Under the pieces are notes generated by a model that was given only the letters and a program-made list of their open reading frames with translations, ran no database searches and was not told where the DNA came from. This document shows, piece by piece, positions 62,368 through 64,000 of a stretch of DNA of 64,000 nt; positions within the stretch are counted from its first letter, which is position 1, and each line of letters opens with the position of its first letter. This DNA is from Octopus vulgaris (lineage: Eukaryota). A program made the translations under genes and the position numbers. The DNA lies in NCBI GenBank assembly GCA_951406725.2, contig OX597840.1, positions 35,030,001-35,094,000 of the forward strand. Direction: 5' to 3'.

Positions 62368-64000
62368 ATTATTATTATTTTGTTGTTACAGCATTCATGT
62401 CTCTCTTCATTGCGGGATCTGCTCCATTCTTGCATATTGATGGCACCAAGATGTTACACCCTTTCGTGTCTGGTCTGGCAGCAGCTGCTCATCATGGCCA
62501 TTAGCCACATGCTGCTGCTGCTGCTAATAATAATTATAATAATAATAATAATAATAATAATAATTTCTTTATTGCTCACAGGCTAAATATAGAGGGGACA
62601 AACAAGGACAGATAAATGGATTAAGTTGATTACATCGACCCCAGTGCATAACTGGTACTTGTTTAATGGACCCCGAAAGGATGAAAGGCAAAGTCGACCT
62701 CGGCGGAATTTGAACTCAGAATGTAACGGCAGATGAAAAACAACTAGGTAGTTTGCCTGGCGTGCTAATGATTCTGCCAGCTCACTGCCTTAATAATAAT
62801 AATGATAATAATAATAATAATAAATGCCCTGATGCAGTACCAGGCAGTGGTTCTCGTGGCTTCTGATCTTAACTGATTGGAAGTGTTATCATGTACATTG
62901 TTTTGTCTTGGTATAAAAGATGGGCCACAGCAAATATTCTGCTCAATACCACAGATTTGCTTGTCAGTTGTTTGACCGTAACCAGTTGAGCATGTCCCTT
63001 AGTGGCTGACGATATGTGCATCTCTGATCACGAGCAGAAGTAGTAGGGGAGCATCATAGCCATGTGTTGAGAGGGATTCTTTGGGGTTTGAATAATTCAC
63101 CTCTGGAAACATGGGTGTTTCGTTCAACATCCTTAAACAACCCTTATTCAGGGACCTTTTGAGCGGGATGGGTTACTCGATCTGAAGAAAATTCTAACTG
63201 GGCCCCACCTGCAAGGTCATGTGCAGTTTATTTTGACATGAGATCACCATGTCATGCACATATATATCATTGCTAATCATAAATAACACCTATTGTGAAA
63301 TGTCCAACTTGCAGCTATTTAAGGTAAGACTTGGAACAGCTTGTATAAAACAAAGCAACAACACAAATAATAATGATAATAATAATAATAATGATAACAA
63401 TAATAATAATCATCATCATCACCATCGTTTAACATCCACTTTCCCTGCTAGCATGGGTTGGATGATTTGACTGAGGGCTGGCAACCAGATGGCTGCACCA
63501 GGTTCCTATCTGATCTGGCAGAGTTTCTACAGCTGGATGCCCTTCCTAATGCCAACCACTCCGAGAGTGTAGTGGGTGCTTTTACATGCCATTGGCACGA
63601 GGGCCAGTCTGGCGGCACTGGCAACGGCTACGCTTATCTTGATATAAGATCACCACTTTTCTACTATAGGCACAAGGCCTGAAATTTGAGGGAGGAGTTA
63701 GTGAATTACATTGAGCCCCCAGTGCATAACTGGTGCTCATTTTATCAACCCCAAAAGGAAGAAAGACAAAGTTGACCCTGACAGACTTTGAACCCAGATT
63801 GTAAAGATGGGCGAAATGCCGCTAAGCATTTTGTTTGGCATGCTAATGATTCTGCCAGGTGGCCACCTTACATATATTGCTTTCAAATTTTGGCACAAGG
63901 CTAGCAATTTTGGGGTAGAAGGGCAAGTTGATTACATCAACCCCTGTGTTTAACCGGTACTTATTTTATCGACCCTGAAAGGATGAAAGATAAAGCATTG

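Noticed and set aside
63315-63323. 9-nt frame-preserving CerS microexon (TGCAG|CTATTTAAG|GTAAG)
   Set aside because: The donor is good but there is no polypyrimidine tract. Such motifs are expected by chance in 59 kb, so junction reads would be needed.

Overview
Repeat-dense, AT/microsatellite-rich animal genomic DNA. The SINE repertoire looks like an octopus (coleoid cephalopod); this is an inference. The only confident host protein-coding feature is the first coding exon of a ceramide synthase (CerS5/6-like, LAG1/LASS family) at 4786-4985 (+). No second exon was recognised, so the remaining ~59 kb is most likely intron 1. The window is packed with several tRNA-derived SINE families, an RTE-type (GAT)n-tailed element, DNA-transposon derivatives (MULE-like with 9-bp TSD, hAT-like with 8-bp TSD, mariner, piggyBac-like, Helitron/Helentron), decayed CR1, RTE and mariner coding fragments, a 28S rRNA fragment, minisatellites and fold-back palindromes. 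The most interesting signals are: (i) several families of type I hammerhead-ribozyme motifs in Penelope-like repeats, including a sense-strand tandem pair at 28110-28270 and a U3-A8 core variant; (ii) a SINE whose 184-bp body is multimerised through the same junction at several loci; (iii) a 28S rRNA piece replacing part of a SINE; (iv) a 109-bp target-site-like duplication. Nearly all long ORFs in the supplied track are microsatellite or SINE artefacts. Repeat boundaries are approximate unless a TSD/TIR defines them.
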